Assembly: GCA_963816355.1 (NCBI GenBank) | Contig: CAWFKH010000003.1 | Coordinates: 800,001 to 864,000 of the forward strand | DNA from: an uncultured Gemmatimonadales bacterium | Lineage (GTDB): Bacteria; Gemmatimonadota; Gemmatimonadetes; Longimicrobiales; RSA9 | Direction of reading: 5' to 3' | Length of the DNA stretch: 64,000 nt | Shown here: positions 58,377-64,000 of the stretch, one piece after another | Layout: the number at the start of each line of letters is the position of its first letter | Numbering within the stretch: position 1 is the stretch's first letter | The notes under the pieces: model-generated | Databases searched by the model: none | Told to the model about the DNA's origin: nothing | Seen by the model: the letters and a program-made list of their open reading frames with translations, nothing else | Made by a program: the position numbers and the translations under genes

Positions 58377-58386
58377 GGCGCCGCCG

Positions 58387-59871
58387 GTGCTGAAGAAGGT
58401 GCTGATCGCGAACCGCGGCGAGATCGCGCTGCGGATCGTGCGCGCGTGCCACGAGCTCGGCGCCGATGCGGTCGCGGTCTACTCCGACGCGGACCGCCTC
58501 TCGCCCCACGTCCGTGAAGCCGACGAGGCGTACCGCATCGGCCCGCCGCCCTCCGCCGAGAGCTACCTGCGCGCCGACCGCCTGATCGAGACCGCCGTGC
58601 GCGCGGGGTGCGACGGTGTGCACCCCGGCTACGGCTTCCTCGCCGAGCGCGCCGCGTTCGCGGAGGCGGTCGAAGCCGCGGGGCTCGTCTTCATCGGGCC
58701 GCCCGCGGCGGCGATCGGCGCCATGGGCGACAAGACCGAAGCACGCCGCCGCATGATCGAGGCGGGCGTGCCGGTCGTGCCGGGGACGGCGGAGCCGCTG
58801 CGCGACGCCGAGCACGCGACGTCCGTCGCCGGCGACGTCGGCTATCCGGTCATGCTCAAGGCGGCGGCGGGCGGCGGCGGCAAGGGGATGCGCGTGGTGC
58901 GCGAGGCCGCCGAGATCGGCCGCGCCCTCGACGCGGCGCGGCGCGAGGCGCGCTCCGCCTTCGGCGACGACAGCGTCTATCTGGAGAAGTTCCTCAGCGG
59001 CCCCCGTCACATCGAGATCCAGGTGCTCGCGGACGCGCACGGCCGCACGCTCAGCCTCGGCGAGCGCGAGTGCTCGATCCAGCGGCGGCACCAGAAGATG
59101 GTCGAGGAAGCGCCGTCGGCCGTGCTCACGCCGGAGCTGCGCCGGCGCATGGGCGAGGCGGCGGTGGCGGCCGCCGTCGCGGTGGGCTATCGCAACGCGG
59201 GCACGGTCGAGTTCCTCTACGAGGCGGGCGACTTCTTCTTCCTCGAGATGAACACGCGGCTGCAGGTGGAGCACCCCGTGACGGAGCTGGTCACGGGCCT
59301 CGACCTGGTGCAGTGGCAGATCCGCATCGCGGCGGGCGAAGCGCTGCCGATCGCGCAGGAAGACGTGGCGCTGCACGGCCACGCGGTCGAGTGCCGTATC
59401 ACGAGCGAGGATCCGTGGAACGGTTTCCTCCCCTCGACCGGCCACATCACGGAGCTGGAGCTGCCCGCGGGCCCCGGCATCCGCTGGGACGGCGGCATCC
59501 TCGCCGGCGCGGACGTCGCGCTCCACTACGACCCGCTGCTCGGCAAGCTGATCGCCTACGGCGAGGACCGCGCGCGCGCCATCGAGCGGATGGAGCGGGC
59601 GCTCGGCGAGCTGCGCGTCGCCGGCGTCGAGACGAGCGCACCGTTCCTGCGCCGCGTCATGCGCGAGGCGGACTTTCGCGCGGGCGACCTCGACATCCAC
59701 TACATCGACCGCCATCCGGGGCTTCTCGAGGCGACGCTCGACGACGAGGCGTGGCGCGCCGCCGCCGCCGCCGCCGCGCTCCTCGAGGACGCCGAGCGCC
59801 GGCGCCGCGTGGTGCGGCGCATCGAGCCCGGGGAGGGCGGCGGCTGGCACCGGCGCGGCTGGCGAACGTGA
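58387..59871 (+). CDS. accC: Biotin carboxylase subunit
   Basis: LIANRGEIA, HPGYGFLAE, GGGGKGMR, ECSIQRRHQK, EMNTRLQVEHPVTE. Confidence 0.93.
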   Translation: MLKKVLIANRGEIALRIVRACHELGADAVAVYSDADRLSPHVREADEAYRIGPPPSAESYLRADRLIETAVRAGCDGVHPGYGFLAERAAFAEAVEAAGLVFIGPPAAAIGAMGDKTEARRRMIEAGVPVVPGTAEPLRDAEHATSVAGDVGYPVMLKAAAGGGGKGMRVVREAAEIGRALDAARREARSAFGDDSVYLEKFLSGPRHIEIQVLADAHGRTLSLGERECSIQRRHQKMVEEAPSAVLTPELRRRMGEAAVAAAVAVGYRNAGTVEFLYEAGDFFFLEMNTRLQVEHPVTELVTGLDLVQWQIRIAAGEALPIAQEDVALHGHAVECRITSEDPWNGFLPSTGHITELELPAGPGIRWDGGILAGADVALHYDPLLGKLIAYGEDRARAIERMERALGELRVAGVETSAPFLRRVMREADFRAGDLDIHYIDRHPGLLEATLDDEAWRAAAAAAALLEDAERRRRVVRRIEPGEGGGWHRRGWRT

Positions 59872-61169
59872 ACGGCCCGGCGGAAGGCGCGGCCGGGATC
59901 GAGATCACCGGCATCGCGGCGGGCGGCGCGGGCGTCGGCCGGCTCGCCGATGGACGCGTCGTCTTCGTCCACCGCACGGCGCCCGGCGACCTCGTACGTG
60001 TGCGGACGGTCCGCTCCAGGCGGAGCTGGGCGGAGGCGGAGCTCGTCGAGGTGTTGCGAGCGGGGCCGGGGCGCCGCGAGCCGCCGTGCCCGCACTACGG
60101 CCGCTGTGGCGGCTGCACCCTCGAGCACCTCGCCTATGCCGCGCAGCTCGACGCCAAGGCGACCATCGTCCGCGACGCGCTGCAACGCATCGGCGGCATC
60201 GATCGGCCGCCGCCCGAGGTGGTCGCCTCGCCGCGCGAGCTGCGCTACCGCAACCGCGTCTCCTTCACGCTGCTGCGGCTACGAGGGGGCCGCGTGGTGG
60301 CCGGCTTCCACGAGATCGGCCGCCCCGACCGCGTCGTGGACGTCGAGGGGCGCTGCCTCCTGCCCGAGGCGGCGCTCACCCGCGTCTGGGACGCGCTGCG
60401 CGCCGCGTGGGGGCCGGCCGCCGGCCGTCTCCCCGCCGGCCGCCGCCTCCGCCTCACGCTGCGCGTGGCGGCGGCGGGAGAGGCCGCGCTGCTGGTGGAG
60501 GGCGGCGCGCGCGGGGGCGAGAACGCCGAGGGTGCGACCGCGTTGCTGCGCGACGTACCCGGCCTCGCCGCGGTGTGGATCCGCGCCGCCGCGCACGCGC
60601 CGGCGACCCGCCTGGCCGGCGAGGAGCGGCTCACCGAGGCGTGGAACGACGAGGAGCTCGCCCTCAGCGGCGGCGTCTTCCTGCAGGTAAACCGGGAAGC
60701 GGCGGCTCTCCTCGAGGCGCATGTCGTGCATGCGGCGGGTACGGTGGACGGCGCGCGCGTCGTGGACGCCTACTGCGGCGTCGGCCTCCACGCGCGCCGG
60801 TTCGAGCGGCTGGGCGCCCGGGTCGTGGGAGTGGAGCGAGATCCCGTGGCGGTCGCGGAAGCGCGCCGCGGCGCGCCCGGCGCGACGTTCCTGGAGGGCG
60901 CCGTCGAGGAGCGGCTGGCGGAGACGCTGCCCGCCGACGTCGTCGTGCTCAATCCGCCGCGCGCGGGTCTGCACGAGAGGGTGCCGGAGGCGCTGCGGCG
61001 CACGCCACCGCGCCGCCTCGTCTACGTGAGCTGCGATCCGGCGACGCTGGCGCGCGACCTCGCCCGCCTGGCGCCCGCGTTCTCGCTGCGGTCGCTGCGC
61101 TGCTTCGACCTCTTTCCCCAGACGGCCCACGTGGAGACGGTCGCGGAGCTGACATGCGCTACTTCGTGA
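59868..61169 (+). CDS. rlmD: RNA m5U methyltransferase, RlmD/TrmA family
   Basis: TRAM domain, CPHYGRCGGC Fe-S motif, YRNR, FLQVN, DAYCGVG, NPPRAG, YVSCDP, DLFPQTAHVE. Confidence 0.88.
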   Translation: MNGPAEGAAGIEITGIAAGGAGVGRLADGRVVFVHRTAPGDLVRVRTVRSRRSWAEAELVEVLRAGPGRREPPCPHYGRCGGCTLEHLAYAAQLDAKATIVRDALQRIGGIDRPPPEVVASPRELRYRNRVSFTLLRLRGGRVVAGFHEIGRPDRVVDVEGRCLLPEAALTRVWDALRAAWGPAAGRLPAGRRLRLTLRVAAAGEAALLVEGGARGGENAEGATALLRDVPGLAAVWIRAAAHAPATRLAGEERLTEAWNDEELALSGGVFLQVNREAAALLEAHVVHAAGTVDGARVVDAYCGVGLHARRFERLGARVVGVERDPVAVAEARRGAPGATFLEGAVEERLAETLPADVVVLNPPRAGLHERVPEALRRTPPRRLVYVSCDPATLARDLARLAPAFSLRSLRCFDLFPQTAHVETVAELTCATS

Positions 61170-61660
61170 GCTTCGGCGAGAGGACGCTCGAGGTCGACGT
61201 GGAGGGCGACGTCGTCCGTGTCGACGGCGTCGAGCTGAGCGCAGACCTCGCGGCACTGCCGGGCAGCGAGCTGCGCAGCCTGCTCGTGGACGGCCGCTCC
61301 TACCTCGTGCAGGCGGCGCGCGAGGAGCGGCGAGGAGCGTGGCGTCTCCGCATCGACGGCGTCCCTCTGGAGGCCGACGTCGCGGACGAGCGCACCCGCG
61401 CCATCCGCTCCCTCACCGGCGGCGCGGCCGGCGAGCGTGGTCCGCGGCCGGTGCGCGCACCGATGCCCGGCCTCGTCATCCGCATCGAGGTCGAAGTGGG
61501 CGATCGCGTGGCGGCCGGCGACGGCGTGGCGATCATCGAGGCGATGAAGATGGAGAACGAGCTGAAGGCGGAGAGCACCGGGCGCGTCGCACGGATCCAC
61601 GTGAGCGCGGGCGACGCCGTCGAAAAGGGCGCGCTGCTCGTCGAGCTCGAGGCCGAGTAG
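61154..61660 (+). CDS. Biotin carboxyl carrier protein with N-terminal BT-like domain
   Basis: APMPG, EAMKMEN biotinylation motif. Confidence 0.92.
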   Translation: MRYFVSFGERTLEVDVEGDVVRVDGVELSADLAALPGSELRSLLVDGRSYLVQAAREERRGAWRLRIDGVPLEADVADERTRAIRSLTGGAAGERGPRPVRAPMPGLVIRIEVEVGDRVAAGDGVAIIEAMKMENELKAESTGRVARIHVSAGDAVEKGALLVELEAE

Positions 61661-61675
61661 GAGGAGGGAGAGGTC

Positions 61676-63310
<1,635 letters not shown>

Positions 63311-63337
63311 GCGTCACGTTCCGACCGGCTGAGCACG

Positions 63338-63754
63338 ATGCCCACGTACGAGTACCGCTGCCCGAACGGGCACGAGTTCGAGAAGTTCCAGCGCATGAGC
63401 GACCCGCCGGAGGCGGAGTGCCCGGAGTGCGGCGAGATCGCATCCCGCCAGCTCTCCGGTGGCGCCGGCCTCCTGTTCAAAGGCTCCGGCTTCTACATCA
63501 CGGACTACCGCAGCGAGGGCTACCGCAAGCAGGCGGAGAAGGAACGCTCCGCCGGCAAGGAAGGCGGGGCGGGGAAGGGAGGCGCCGAGGGCAAGGGTGG
63601 CGCCGAGGGAGGCTCGAAGGACGGGGCGGGGGGCGCGAAGGCCGCGGACGGCGGCGCCTCCGGCACGGGCGGGGCCGCCGCAGCGGGAGGGGCGTCTTCC
63701 TCGAGCTCTTCATCCGGGCGCGCGCCGGGCTCGAAGCGGAAGTCCTCGGACTGA
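63338..63754 (+). CDS. FmdB-family zinc-ribbon protein with Gly/Ser-rich tail
   Basis: MPTYEYRC..GH, CPEC, FKGSGFYITDY. Confidence 0.9.
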   Translation: MPTYEYRCPNGHEFEKFQRMSDPPEAECPECGEIASRQLSGGAGLLFKGSGFYITDYRSEGYRKQAEKERSAGKEGGAGKGGAEGKGGAEGGSKDGAGGAKAADGGASGTGGAAAAGGASSSSSSSGRAPGSKRKSSD

Positions 63755-63755
63755 C

Positions 63756-64000
63756 ATGTCGATCGAGCGACTGCGCGAGCAGCTGGCGCGCGTGGCGCGC
63801 GAGCTCGGCGGCGATGGCGACGTCGCCAAGATCCAGCTCGAGCGCCCCCGCAATCCGGAGCACGGCGACTTCGCGACGAACCTCGCGATGACGCTCGCTT
63901 CCCGCCTCCGGCGCAAGCCGAGGGAGCTGGCCGAGCACATCGTCGCCACGCTCGACCTCGAAGCGGCGGGCGTGGCCGCCGCCGAGATCGCGGGCCCCGG
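63756..64000 (+). CDS. argS: Arginine--tRNA ligase (3' partial)
   Basis: Own translation: MSIERLREQL...ERPRNPEHGDFATNLAM...KPRELAE...EIAGPG. Confidence 0.9.
   Translation, partial: MSIERLREQLARVARELGGDGDVAKIQLERPRNPEHGDFATNLAMTLASRLRRKPRELAEHIVATLDLEAAGVAAAEIAGP

Overview
High-GC bacterial chromosome segment; the gene families suggest Gemmatimonadota, which is an inference. Most of the window is housekeeping DNA: thrS-infC-rpmI-rplT-pheS-pheT-zapB-like-zapA-rny-xseAB-ispA-dxs-nadK-recN, fbaB-rpiA-rpe, rnz-aroA-cmk-rpsA, a propionyl-CoA carboxylase/methylmalonyl-CoA mutase cluster, a partial argS, and three tRNAs (Gly-GCC, Cys-GCA, Leu-TAA). The main unexplained structure is a 17.3 kb minus-strand operon (30940-48262) ending 33 nt from tRNA-Leu. 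It holds one atypical membrane kinase followed by six head-to-tail, ~2.7 kb receptor Ser/Thr kinase genes (kinase-TM-TolB-like beta-propeller), four of whose five junctions are stop/start overlaps. Their kinase halves are nearly identical, their sensor halves are highly divergent, and kinase and sensor relatedness disagree. This looks like a recombining receptor repertoire. Other points of interest are an L20-leader-like attenuator and ATA start for infC, three sigma54-like promoters and a pair of outer-membrane paralogs with an unfamiliar C-terminal domain between the tRNAs, a 60-nt tandem repeat giving S1 an acidic tail, and six small insertions that probably reflect assembly consensus error.
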